Notes under the pieces: model-generated
Told to the model about the DNA's origin: nothing
What the model saw: only the letters and a program-made list of their open reading frames with translations
The model's database searches: none
DNA from: Octopus vulgaris
Lineage: Eukaryota
DNA length: 64,000 nt
Reading direction: 5' to 3'
Assembly: GCA_951406725.2 (NCBI GenBank)
Contig: OX597832.1
Location: 60,636,001-60,700,000, forward strand
Part shown: positions 25,633 to 38,495 of the stretch, one piece after another
Layout: each line of letters begins with the position of its first letter
Numbering within the stretch: position 1 is the first letter of the stretch
Position numbers and translations under genes: made by a program

Positions 25633-25864
25633 TTATAGCAAAGGGCTTCTCAAGACTACTTGTACGGGAAACCAAGGAAGAAAAAAAAAAACCAAAAAGA
25701 CTGAAAAGGCGGGGGGGGGGGGAAATTTATTATGTAAGATATTGAGAAAAATCTAGCGAAACGAAACGGAGGCAGCAGTAAAAGACGAAGGTGATAACAA
25801 AAGAAAAAGAAAAAAATTTATATATTACAGACACTAATGGAGGAGGAAGAGAATGGAGGGCGGA

Positions 25865-25900
<36 letters not shown>

Positions 25901-26029
25901 CCAAGTAGCAGCAACAACAACAACAATAATAATAAATAACAGGATATTTTCTCTTCAGACAGACATATCAACAAATTATAAACTGTAATAGACTTCAGTA
26001 ATGTGCCAATAATTGGCAATGGAGCAGAA

Positions 26030-26815
26030 ATGGTAGTGGTGGTGGTTGTAGTGGTTGGTGGTCGTTGTCGTAGTCGTGGTAGTGGAGAAGGAGGTAGTGG
26101 AAGTGGTGATGGTAGAGGCTGGAGTAGCACTACAAGTAGTGGTGGTGCTGGTGGTGGTAGTAGAGGCTATAGTAGCACTACAAGTAGTGGTGGTAGTACC
26201 GGCTATAGTAGTGGTGGTGGTGGTGGTAGCGGCTATAGTAGTACAAGTAATGGTGGTGGTAGCGGCTATAGTAGTACATGTAGTGGTGGTGGTAGTTGCT
26301 ATAATAGTACAAGTAGTGGTGGTAGTAGCGGCTATAGTAGTACAAGTAGTGGTGGTGGTAGCGGCTATATTAGTACAAGTAGTGGTGGTGGTAGCGGCTA
26401 TAGTAGTACAAGTAGTGGTGGTGGTAGCAGCTATAGTAGTACAAGTAGTGGTGGTGGTAGCGGCTATAGTAGTACAAGTAGTGGTGGTGGTAGCAGCTAT
26501 AGTAGTACAAGTAGTGGTGGTGGTAGCGGCTATAGTAGTACAAGTAGTAGTGGCTATAGTAGTACAAGTAGTGGTGGTGGTAGCAGCTATAGTAGTACAA
26601 GTAGTGGTGGTGGTAGCAGCTTTAGTAGCACCTCAAGTAGTGGTGACAACAGCAACAGTAGTAGTGGTAGAGGTTATAGTACCACTACAAGTCGCAGTGG
26701 TGGCAGCAACAATATTAGTAGTAGTAGTGATGGTAATAGATGTAGTTGTGATAGTAGTAGTAGTGGTGGTAGTGGTTGTCATAGCACTACAGCAGGTGGT
26801 GGTGGTGGTGGAGGC
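26030..26815. repeat. (AGT/GGT)n tract with a 33-bp minisatellite
   Basis: Unit AGC(G/A)GCTATAGTAGTACAAGTAGTGGTGGTGGT repeated more than ten times across about 26160-26630. Confidence 0.92.
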
Positions 26816-27589
26816 AGTAAGATCAATCCACCTGAACAGCAAAAGAGGGGAACGAAATACAAACACAACCCGTCTCACTTTTTGGTTTCCCATTTTCTAC
26901 ATGTTCGTTATTTTTTTTTAATTATACCACCCATTATGATGGAAGAGAACTTATGTTGTACAGCGCAGAGTTCCTCTCTATGTAAATGTGGATGTGAGTG
27001 AGAATCTGCATGCATATGTGTGTGTTCTTTTTTTTTTTTCATATATACAAATATAAATGTGTGTATCTATAAATGTGTGTGTGTGTGTGTGTGTGTGTGC
27101 ATAGAATGTGAAGAAAATAAATAAAACATTGCTTTACTTTGCTTATTGTTATGATATAAAATTCATACTGCTGCCACATCACACAAACATATACACATAG
27201 CCACAGACACACACATAAGCATAAATGTTGTGAGTGACTTTGTAGTTAAGAAGTCCGAATTGAAACATGGTTGTGGGTTCAGTTTCTATAGAATTCATTA
27301 TATTATGCATACAAGCGTCTGTGGAGTACAAAGCCACTGATAAGCTAAACACAGTAAGTAAATAATCTCAACTGGCCGAACACCTATGAACACCCATCAT
27401 AGAAAATTGTGAAAAATCTATTTACTTTCATACACCTATGTTTCGTAAGAGTTAGAGGAATCCAGATGTATGTCTATGTATGAGGAAGATATGTTTGTAT
27501 TTTTTTTTTAAAGACTCGCATGTATTCGTAATAATGAATGGGGGAAAAAGTTTTCCCCCCACCAAATTTCAGGCCTGATGGCCAGGCTA

Positions 27590-27900
27590 TTCCATCAGTT
27601 ACAATGACGGTTACAGCTGATCCAATCAATGGAACAGCCTGCTCAGGAAATTAACGTCCAAGTGGCTGAGCACTCCACAGACACGCGTACCCTTAATCTA
27701 GTTCTCATGGGGATTCAGTAAGACACAGAGGGTGACAAGGCTGGCCCCTTTGAATTACAGGTACAACACATTTTTACCAGTTGAGTGGACTAGAGTAATG
27801 TGAAATGAAGTGTCTTGCTGAAGGATACAACACTACCAGAAATTGAACTCATGGCCTAATGAGTGTGAACGAAATATTCTAGCCACAAAACCACACACCT
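27590..27900 (-). mobile_element. SINE family D with extended 3' body
   Basis: GTGAAATGAAGTGTCTTGCT..ACAACAC..AATTGAACTC head. Body GTGGCTGAGCACTCCACAGACAC also at about 51055. Confidence 0.7.
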
Positions 27901-27946
27901 TGAGCCTAGCATAGAAAGGCTATTATTATTATTAGTAGTAGTAGTA

Positions 27947-28159
27947 AGGCAGTGAGATGGCAGAATTTTTAGTACACTGGAAAAAAAGTTGCTAAGCATT
28001 TTGTCTGTCTTTATGTACCAAGTTCAAATTTCACCGAGGTTGACTTTGCTTTTCATCCTTTCAGGGTTGATGAAATAAGTACCAGTTATGTACTGGGGTC
28101 GATATAATCAACTATACCCTCCTCCAAAATTTCAGGCCTTGTGCCTTTAGTAGAAAGGA

Positions 28160-28162
<3 letters not shown>
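27947..28162 (+). mobile_element. SINE family B
   Basis: GGCAGTGAGATGGCAGAA..AGTTCAAATTTC..CATCCTTTCAGGG..CAGGCCTTGTGCCTTTAGTAGAAAGGAT plus (ATT)n. Confidence 0.85.
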
Positions 28163-28190
<28 letters not shown>

Positions 28191-28622
28191 GCTTAGACTA
28201 GGTCTTATTAATTTATCAACCCTGAAAAGGTTGGTAAATTAATAAGACCCAGTCAAGCACTGGGGTTGACGTAATTCACTTCCCCACGCCCTCAAAATTA
28301 ATTAAGAGTCGTTATATATATATATATATATGTCATTGCTAATAATTTTCAATAATCACATCTAAAAATCTGGGTATATAAATGGTAGATGTCAAAATTT
28401 TCTTATTTCTTTTGATACAAGTGCAATATATGCAGTAATTTATGTGCAGAGAATTTTAATTAAGTGTGTATTACAGGAAGTTAAAAAAAAAAAGTTGGAA
28501 TGTTTAGTAAAAGAAGGTCCACACCCACCCACCCATACCAAACATCATTAACCCTTTTGATACAAATCTGCCAAAAACTGCCTCCCCAATACCAGTTCTA
28601 AGATACCAACTTCCTGTTTGAA

Positions 28623-29056
28623 CCCTTCAGCTTTCATATTACTTTCTCAATTGTAGAGGTTATTCCTACATTGTTTTGAATTAACCCATTGAGTCCCACT
28701 GTCCTATAAATAGGACACTAAATGAGAACATTGAATAAGCTATATCACATTGTCCTAATTATAGGACACTGAGTATTTCCATTTCTACTTTGAAGCAAAG
28801 GAGTTTTAATAATTATTTTTTTCATTTTAACCTATTTTCAATCATCTGTAGAAATTTAAAAGTAATATTCAGAAATTTAAGTACTCTGGAACTTAATGGG
28901 TCAATCATACATTATCTTATAGCTTTGAGATTTCTTTGATGCAATAGTTTATTTTTAGAATGGCATTGTAGGGTAGGTGCCAGGTCAGATCTAGCCATTT
29001 CTAACATAAAACACGTAGAATATTTGGACCAGATTTAGCCAGTTTAAATGCTAAAG
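28623..29056. mobile_element. P2 piggyBac MITE hosting a second piggyBac MITE (28685-28900)
   Basis: Host sequence TTGTTTTGAATTAA|TCAT is split. The insert has TIRs CCCATTGAGTCCCA / TGGAACTTAATGGG and TSD TTAA/TCAA. Confidence 0.8.
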
Positions 29057-29234
29057 TGCTGGTGGTATGTAAAAAAGCACCCACTACACTCTTGGATTGG
29101 TTGGCGTTTGGAAGGGCATCTAGCTGTAGAAACATTGCCAAATCAGATTGGTGCCTGGTGCAGCCTGACTGGCTCACTAGTCCTCAGCCAAACCGTCCAA
29201 CCCATGCCAGCATGGAAAACAGACGATGTTGATG
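29057..29234 (+). mobile_element. Family C 3' part
   Basis: GTAAAAAAGCACCCACTACACTC..GGAAGGGCATCTAGCTGTAGAAAC..CCAACCCATGCCAGCATGGAAAAC. Confidence 0.85.
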
Positions 29235-29238
29235 TTAA

Positions 29239-29460
29239 CCCTTTTGTTACTGTATTTATTTTGAGATGCTCTGTGTTTCTTTCAATTAATTTTGAATATA
29301 ACAGAGAATTTAGTAAAATAACTTAGTTATCATTAAGCTAGTGTTTGGAACATTAACTGTGACTAAGGTTTGGTGGAAGATTTTAATTCAGAACTTATGA
29401 AAACAAGACATTTGTACTACAGAGCCAGAGGTGGTTTCAGCCAGGTTGGTATTGAAAGGG
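29239..29460. mobile_element. piggyBac-type MITE P1
   Basis: TTAA|CCCTTTTG...GAAAGGG|TTAA. Confidence 0.9.
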
Positions 29461-29491
29461 TTAAGAATTGTTTCTCTATTATATATTTTAA

Positions 29492-29713
29492 CCCTTTTGT
29501 TACCATATTTCTTTTGAGAAGCTCTGTGTTTCTTTCAATTAATTTGGAATATAAAAGAGAATTTAGTAAAATAACTTAGTTATCATTAAGCTAGTGTTAG
29601 GAACATTGACTGTGACTAAGGTTTGGTGGAAGATTTTAATTCAGAACTTATGAAAACAAGACATTTGTACTACAGAGCCAGAGACGGTTTCAGGCGGGTT
29701 GGTATCAAAAGGG
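29492..29713. mobile_element. piggyBac-type MITE P1, adjacent second copy
   Basis: TTAA|CCCTTTTG...CAAAAGGG|TTAA, highly similar to 29239-29460. Confidence 0.9.
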
Positions 29714-30027
29714 TTAAAGAAACCTCATTTAACATCTTCCACTGAAATTTCTTTTGAGTTCATGTTTTAAATACTAGCTTAATATGTGTGAATCAGGTGA
29801 ATTTTTCCAAGTTACAACTATTGAATAATTTATACAAGAGACGATTCGTTCGTTGTTCAGGAACTTCAGTGAGTGACCGCTTTTTCTAACGACAACAATT
29901 CAGTATTGACGAGCTGTCATCTGAAGAAGTGGTCACATGTGGAAACTTTCAGCTAGCAGCATATGGCATCAGCTGAATAATATATATGGAAAACAGATGT
30001 TGAATACTGATTATATACACACACATA

Positions 30028-30108
<81 letters not shown>

Positions 30109-31127
30109 ATAAACAGACTTAGTAACTGAGTTTAGCAGACATAAAAGTATGACCATCTCCTCAGACATTCAGAATTGTGTGTGTTCATGTGTGTGTGTTA
30201 TGCCAAAGCAAAGCAGATATTGAACTGCATCAAGATTCTCCAGCCCTTGGAGGACATTAAAAGAGGAACTATGATGATGATGATGATGATGACAGAAATG
30301 GCAATAGACTGGCACCCTATCCAGGTGATGACTTTATTAATTTTTATTTTCATGGGGGGGGGGCATGGAAGGAGGGTAGAGGCTCCAGCACGTCAGGGTT
30401 TAGGAGACACCCAGCTTACTGCTGTACATACTGCTGTACATCACACCATTTTTCCCCTCCCACCTCATCTCTCCTTGCAAACATTTTCTTAGAATTCAAG
30501 CAATGCAAAGAAGAAAAAAAGTGGAGAGTGGTTGGGGGCTGAGGCGAAAAATATCTTGCAGTTAATGACATGATGATGATGATGATGATAATTGTCCTAA
30601 TGTGAATGATGCTGACGATCATGATGATGATGATAATATAGAAGATTGCAAAGATAATGAAGATTCCAATAAATTAGATGATGAAGATGATTATGATGAT
30701 GATTATGATAACGACAATGAAGATGAGCTTGCTGCTGCTGATGATGATGATGAAGAGGATGGTGATGATGTAAAAGATCATGATGATTGCAGTGCTAGGG
30801 AAGGATAAAAGCATGTGCACACACGTACACACACACACGCATGCACACATACACACACACGCGCACGCAGCTTCCAAGATTAAACTGAATTTTTTTTATA
30901 ATTGAAGAAATTTAAGCAAATAGTTACTCGCATGGATGCGTACATAACACTGCAACAAAGACAGAATTGGCACATAATGCATATTCCTGCACACGCCCAC
31001 TGCACAACAAGTAGAAGTAACATTACTTACAAACGCTACCTGCTTTTTTTCTTTTTCAGATAAGGAATTTTTTTTTTTAATCTGCTAAACTTTTGAAAGT
31101 ACAGAGCTATCTCAGCTGCTTACCCCA

Positions 31128-31503
31128 TGAGGAACATTAATATGGCATCGCTATTTTTGTTTTTTTATTTCCTTTTTGCTCAAACAGTCTCCAGGAAAAA
31201 CACAGACATAACTACATTCATATACACAAATGTACGACAGGTTTCGACACAGTTATATCATCATCATGATTGGACAGGAGCAAGCCAGTTGGAAAGCTGT
31301 CTAACTTCTGTCAAATTATCCAACCCATGCCAGCATAGAAGACGGATGTTAAACAATGATGATGATAATGATGATGTAACTATCAAAACCAGTCGTACAT
31401 TTGTGCATATGAACATAATTATTTCTGTTTCTTCCTATGAGACTGTCTGAGAAACAAATTTAAAAATTTAAAAAACACAATGATGTCACATTTACGTTCC
31501 TCA
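31128..31503. repeat. Long imperfect inverted repeat (~135-bp arms) enclosing a family C fragment
   Basis: TGAGGAAC..CAGTCTC..TTCATATACACAAATGTACGAC pairs with GTCGTACATTTGTGCATATGAA..GAGACTG..GTTCCTCA. Confidence 0.8.
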
Positions 31504-31689
31504 GTGAATTTTACTGGCCTAAAAAAAAAAAAAAAAAATCAAAGCAGAAATCCTTATATTAATTTCACTCGCAAGTTATTAACTGGTCAGCTAGCGGCTC
31601 CAGTGGAAGACACTGGCACCAGATGCTACACAGCCAAGCTGCACCTAATTCTGCACTGAGGTGTATAAGAATATGCATGCACGTGTAGG

Positions 31690-31862
31690 TGCACCTGACA
31701 ACTGATATTGGTGCGTTTATGTCCCTGTAACTTAGCAGTTCAGCAAAAGAGACCAATAGAATAAGTACTGGGCTTACAAAGAATAAGTCCTGGGGCCAAT
31801 TTGCTTGACTAAAGACTCCAGCATGGCTGCAGTCAAATGATTAAAACAAGTAAAAGAATAAA
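31690..31862 (+). mobile_element. SINE family A, 3' half
   Basis: TAACTTAGCAGTTCAGCAAAAGAGACCAATAGAATAAGTACT..CCAGCATGGCTGCAGTCAAATGA. Confidence 0.85.
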
Positions 31863-32253
31863 AGTATACACACACACACCTATTTGTGTGTGGATGCTTG
31901 TCTCTCTTAGCTTGAGAACGGTAGTTCTGTAACTTTTGATTAACCTGAGCAGGTGTTTTGTTTTAAGGTGATCAAATGATTGTGCTGACTATTAGCTCAC
32001 TCCCTCCATCAAGTCGACCTCAACTGTGTGACACGTGGCACACCGTGCCACATGTCAGTTGTTGAAGCAATTGCAAAACTGTATGAGACAAAGTTTTTTC
32101 ACTCAAGAACACAACACACCACCCAGTCCTGGGATTGAAACCACCTCACGATCATGAGTGCCCCACCAGAACCACTAGACCGTGTACCCCACTCCCATAC
32201 ATATATAGAATAAAGGTATTTTTATATAGGCTTAAAGCTTATGGTGATCACCA

Positions 32254-32421
32254 GGCAATGACTAAGGAAAATAGTTTAATAAAGGTGTATATAAGCCCTT
32301 GACAGAAAAAAGGCTTTCCTATCTGCATGGATAGGAAAACCCATGTGGATAGGAAAGCATTCTTTTTTTCTGTCGGGGGTTTATATGCCCCTTTATTAGA
32401 CTGTTTTCCTTAGTCATTGCC
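32254..32421. repeat. 168-bp foldback element
   Basis: Arms 32254-32330 and 32341-32421 are reverse complements with 9 substitutions and one 4-nt bulge. Confidence 0.92.
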
Positions 32422-34576
32422 AGCATAGAAGACGGATGTTAAATGATTATGATGATGTAACTATCAAAACCTGTTGTACATTTGTGTATATGAACGTATA
32501 CACAATACCATTTTTATTATTTACAGGATTGTAAACTTGGTGCTGTATACAAAACCATTTGCACCAAAAGCACACACACGTGTGTGTGTGTGTGTGTGTA
32601 TGTCTGTGTGTAATACACGCACAACATACATGTACATACATATATTCCTATACATATATGTACAAAATAAAATGTTAATGTAAATACACTGAAAAATAAC
32701 TATATATATATATATATACGTACGTACGCACACACACACACACACACACACAGAGGGGTCAACATTTTATGTGTTACATACACAATCATCATTAGAAGAA
32801 ATTTTGTTACTACATTTAATGCCATAAAAGCAGCACAGACCATTTTATATGCACACCATTTTCAGCAGCGCATACTGAAGAAAAATTAAAGATCTTAGTG
32901 CATAAAAGATATGAAATGAAGGCCAAAATTTGCATGAGACCCATTTTCTTTTAGACATTTCTTGGAATAACAATGGCTCATCCTATCCGCCCTCGAATAC
33001 ACTAATCCTTTATATCCAATTCATAGAAGCACAGTAGTATGTTATTCATAAAATAAACGAAACACAAGAGAGCAGGCTTCCACACAGTTTCCATCTATCA
33101 AATTCCTTTAACCAGAAACTATGCTACTAGAAACTTGAGATCGTAATAATCTCCTTCCAGAAATCAGGATTTCAAACTTAGCGCAAAATTTTAATTCAAA
33201 CTTCATCGCAAAACCAATATTTGCGTTTTCCAGAGGAATGCACATAATTCTTCTACTTGCCATATCTTTACCCGAATCCCCACAGGCTACGCATTCCTAT
33301 TTCATGGATGAAGAATTATTAAGAGGAATGGCGTACTCTTGTAAAATTCAAACACTTGAACGATTTACACAGAAATATATAAGAATTTGGAACTAAATCT
33401 AAACAACTGATGCTAGCAGAAAAAAAAAAAAATCATAACTGACAAGCAGTAATTAAAATTTAAATGCATAAAAATTATTTTTTAACTTTTAATCTAATAA
33501 TAATAATAATAATAATAATATAGTATTATTTCGATTAATTTCCAAAACACTCTTTTAGAGATGGGAGAGGAAGTCAGGAAGGCAACTATTTTACCATTAT
33601 TATTGTTGTCTATTTGGTAACTGGAATACAACTTAACAAAAAAAATTATTTTTTTTTACCTCTAATACTATAAAGAAAATTTTGCTGTTTTAAAAATCAC
33701 ATGACCACGACTGACCAGGCTGTTGGACAATGTTATACATTGCTTGTCACAATGCACTATGCATCATTCTGGCTAGGCAAGCAGCCCCATATTCCCCCAG
33801 ATGGGGGGGGGGGGATTTCTGTTGTAGGGTGAACTCATTTACAGCTGAGTGAACTAGAGCAATGTGAAATGAAGGGTATTGCTCAAGAACACAACTCGCA
33901 GCCAATCCAGGAATCGAAACGACAATCTCATGATGATAAGTGCAAATACACCAAACCACTAGGCAATGCGCCTTCAGAGTTTTAAATATGAATGCTTTTG
34001 AGGGTAGTTTCGTATAGTGGGACCAAGGGTGGGTAAACCTTAGGCGTTTTCATAAAGAAATGGAGTTTAGCCCGAAAAGAATTCTAAATGCTTGGTGCTT
34101 CATTTAGATTTTATACCATTAAGCAGATGGAAACATAATTGTTTTCACTGATGATATACTTATCTCAGATAACACTCCCATGTGATCTGACATCCTTCTA
34201 ATTTCAAGGGATACCTGTAATCAACATAGAACTACCTGAATAAACACCAGGAGCCTTGCAATGGGGATGAATTCAAGATCTCATCATCATCATTTAGTGT
34301 CCGTTGTCCATGCTGGCATGGGTTGGACAGTTTGACCTGGGCTGGTGTTAACTAATAATTATAAATATATTCTCTGTTTCAAGAGATAATCAACAGTCAA
34401 TGGTTTACCATTCCTTTAGAAGTAAATTTAATCACAGGTGAAGCATTAACATTATTTTCTCTTCCATTTCCTTGCCCAAAGGGGAACATCTGGAAAAATG
34501 TTTGATTTCTCAGTCGTTGTGGAATTTAACTGTTTCAGTTCCTTGATGAAACTTTCTCTTGTTTCAGGGTATTAAA

Positions 34577-35244
34577 CCCTTTAATGTTCAGATGATTCTG
34601 TTAAATGCATTCCTTATTTATTCACATTGTTTTAAACTAATCATGCATTAAAAAAATTACTATTTTTAAATCTCATAACATGAGATATTCAGCAACAGTA
34701 CTTTGTAGTAAAGATTGTTTGCTATCATAACATGGCAGTACTGATTTAGGACTAATGTTGCTGTAATTTAGCCCCAGGAAATAACTCAGAAATTATGATA
34801 CACAGATATTACTTTGAGCTGAGTGGGGGTGATAGATTCCCTTGTTTGAAAATATAAGGACACAGATCGTGTCGTATAGCCAGCTGGAGATGATGTCTCC
34901 TGGGGCTAAATTACAGCAACATTCCTCCTAAACCAGGACTGCCATGTTATGTTGGCAAACAATCTTTACTATAATCATGCATTATCTCATAGCTTCAAGA
35001 TTCTGATGACATCGTAATTTATTTTTAGAATGACATTGGAGGGTAAGTGTGAGAGGCCAGATCTTGCTTGTTTGAACCTAAAACAAGTAGAATATAACAT
35101 TTTGGACAGATACAGCTGGTTTAACCCTTTAGTATTTAAACCGGCCATATCCGGCCAAAAGTATTCTGCCTGTTTTATGTTCAAACTGGCCAGATCTGGT
35201 CTCAACATTTTGGACAGATACAGCTGGTTTAAATGCTAAATGGT
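34577..35244. mobile_element. P2 piggyBac MITE with internal insertion and rearranged end
   Basis: CCCTTTAATGTTCAGAT start. Body resumes at 34972. An inverted P2 end fragment and a duplicated AACATTTTGGACAGATACAGCTGGTTTAA lie near the right end. Confidence 0.75.
34706..34971. mobile_element. MITE with ~74-bp TIRs
   Basis: TAGTAAAGATTGTTTGC..AATGTTGCTGTAATTTAGCCCCAGGA and its reverse complement at about 34898-34971. Confidence 0.85.
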
Positions 35245-36479
35245 TAATCCATATAAAAATTAAACCTGTCCTCATCTCAGCTAACACTCACATATCTATG
35301 CCAGCCAGAAAGAGGAATAACAGTTTTGACGTGGAGGAATAACCAGCCTGACATCACTCTTGGAACTGTTAAACAAATTGCATGTTCTAAAGATGTCCAC
35401 ATTTAAAACCTTTCAGCAAAAATTTCATGTTAACTCGTGTTCCAAACACCGGCTGAATGACAAAATTAAATGAAATGAAGGCAGTGTATTTCAATAGAAT
35501 TGTCGTGACAAAAGGGTTAGCTTGAAGCAAAATAACATGACCTCTATGTGGTTACTTTACCTGCTAGAAATAGCAGCCAAGTAATCACATGTTACCATTT
35601 TAAAAGACAGAAAAACTGATGCTAACAGTGTTGTTATAGATATATTCAAACATGATGTTCACAATTGGAATGTCATTGATCATAGGTTTACTTGATCAAG
35701 AAAGTAAAGAACAGAACACAGAGGCTGATCTAAATACAGAAACAAATAATGAAATAAATAAACTGTTTGCCTCCAGTGGTTTGCATTTAAGGTCTATTAA
35801 TGCATAAGCTGAGAGATCCATACAAAAACCACATCCCACCACACACACATAGAGGCAGAGGATCAAATTCAGTCATTCTGTCTCATTTAAAAATGTCACA
35901 GCAGAGATAGACAGAGACAAGAGATAGAGCAGAGATACAAAACTACACGTGAAACTAGAGAGTGCAGTAAATGAAGGGAAGAAACTCCACGATGTAAGAC
36001 CAGCCACAACAGCCATTTTGGGGAAGTCAAAAGACTTATGTTTACATGGCAAGATTTTCCAAAGCAGGAAAAGAAGAAATAGTAAAATTTTGAAAACAAA
36101 CAAACAAACAATAAAGCCAAGTGTTTAGATTATTTGTTTCACAGCTTCCTCAATGAAAATTTCATTGTCTATTGTTTTGAAAAGAGCTTTCTTCTATATG
36201 CCACATTAAATTTATGTTAGCTTGGCTGGAGGCTATTTTGGATAAAAATAATGAACATTTATATTTATCATACCCATGTATAAACACAAAGATACATTGA
36301 TGTGTATGGATATGTGCACACACACAAATTTTATTAAGGAGTGTTAGTGAGTGAGAGTGTGTGTGTGTGTGTGTGTGTGAGTGTGTGAATGTGTGTGTAC
36401 ACATGTACAAATATATACGCAAATAAATATGCCAATCACATATTTAAATGTATGTGCACAAGTAAATTGACATATGATT

Positions 36480-36880
36480 AGAGAGAGAGAGAGAGAGAGA
36501 ATGAGAAGTAGATAGATATACAGATAGATAAGACAGAGAGATAGACAGAGAGGTAGACAGAGATAGACAGATAGAAAGATAGACAGGGATAGACAGACAT
36601 ACAAGGATAGATAGACAAGGATAGAAAGATAAACAGATAGAAAGATAGACAGAGATAGAAAGATAGACAGATAGATAGGGATAGACAGACATACAAGGAT
36701 AGATAGACAAGGATAGAAAGATAAACAGATAGAAAGATAGACAGAGATAGAAAGATAGACAGAGATAGAAAAATAGACAGATAGATAGGGATAGACAGAC
36801 ATACAAGGCATAGATGGATAGAAAGATATACAGGCATAGATGGATAGAAAGATAGACAGATAGATAGATAGATATATAAA
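36480..36880. repeat. GATA/GACA-derived higher-order repeat (~90-105 bp units)
   Basis: GGGATAGACAGACATACAAGG recurs at about 36586, 36678 and 36788. Confidence 0.88.
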
Positions 36881-37782
36881 TAAAGAGACAGCTAGATAGC
36901 CACGTTGTAGCTTAGCATAGCAGCAGTGTGGAATAATACTGCAGTAAACTGTCAACTCCAACTAGCAAACATTTGTTGACTGTGGAAACAGTTGTGCTGA
37001 GTTGTTCACTAACAGATAATGGCAATAATAACTGAGTGAACTAAGAAACTCACAGGCAATGCTAATGTCTTGTGTGCATGTCTATCTCTCCTAACAAATA
37101 TCTGTGTGTGTATATATATATATATGCATATGTATGTATGTATAAATATGTGTGTATAAGGATGTATAAGGATGTATATATAAGGATGTATGTATGTAAT
37201 AGACTCCCTTTCAATCACAAATGACCACATTATTGCACCTAGAAGGTTCCCCTCCGAGACACAAGTCTGCATAAATGTTGTTTTGTGGAAAACCAGCAGC
37301 TGCCCACATGTACCCCGTTTCCCACTGATGTCGCCCAAGGGAATGGGAAAGGCCATACAGCCTGGCACCAGTAAAGCTGCAACTCATCCTTACAGTTAAG
37401 CGAACTGGATTAATGCGAAATGAAGTGTCTTGCTCAAGAATACAACAAACAACCTAGTCCGGGAATCGAACTCACAACCTTGTGATTGTAATCCCAATGC
37501 TCTAACCACTGATCCACATGCCTTCACATGTATGTATGTACGCATATTCATATGTGTATGTGTGTATTCAGTTTCTGTTTCCGAATGTTTTGGACAGCCT
37601 GAGGCTACAGAGAGAAGGAGAAATATACAGGAATGTGCGCATCTATGTACCAAGCTTACAAAATAAGTACTGGGGTGGATTTGTTTGACTAAGCCCTTCA
37701 GAGAGGTGCTGTAGCATGGCCACTGCATGCTGAACCTCTACCTTGAGAAGATATATATATATAAGGATAAAGATATTTTTAT

Positions 37783-37982
37783 ACGATGGGGTGCTGTAAA
37801 TTTCCTAACTTTGTGTAAAAGAAAATACAAGAGGATCAGTTAATTATGATTTTATTCAATATATTTCCTCTCTCAGATTCACACACTTGTTGCAGTAGTC
37901 CATTAATTTTTTCTAAACCTTGTAAAAGAACTGAGGACTTCCGCGATACCCTTAATGCCAGGAATTTTTCAGCACCTCCTTA
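37783..37982. mobile_element. mariner-like MITE
   Basis: Imperfect TIRs GGGGTGCTGTAAATTTCCTAAC / GCCAGGAATTTTTCAGCACCTCC flanked by TA. An internal segment recurs at 38510-38650. Confidence 0.7.
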
Positions 37983-38495
37983 TTCACTCTTGCTCCTTCA
38001 TTCACTCTGTAAACTTCTGCTATCTTTGAGTTCTATTTTCCTATTTGCATGTGTGTGCGAGTAATATATGACAGAGAACAATAAAATCCACGCTGTATAG
38101 AAAGGACTGCTAAAATACTACTATACAGATTGTGCAATTCAAAAATGCAACACGACTTTGTAGCATGTGTGCACATGTGTGATGTTTTAGGCCACATACC
38201 TGATAGGTAATCTCTTTAGGGTTTACCGACATGATAAATATTTATTATTATTTTTAAAAAAAGTAACATGTAATATACCACACAACCTATCTACAATCAC
38301 CAGTCAATGCTTCACAAAACATACAGCTCAGTAAAATCACCACACAATACATGACTATGCAATCACCACCCAATACAGAAAACCAAAGGCACAATCTACA
38401 CCAGTGGTTCATATGACCCCCTTGTGGTCACCATAAGCACAATGAGTTCACAACAGTATTTTATGGGTCCATGACAAAAAAATTTTGCATTAGAT

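Noticed and set aside
29921-29955. CTGAAGA...GAAAC hammerhead-like spacing
   Set aside because: No helix II closing next to the core and no helix I in register.
30570-30808. Asp-rich ORF resembling acidic biomineral proteins
   Set aside because: Degenerate (GAT)n, where single changes cannot create stops. An in-frame TGA lies just upstream, and there is no ATG start or in-frame acceptor.
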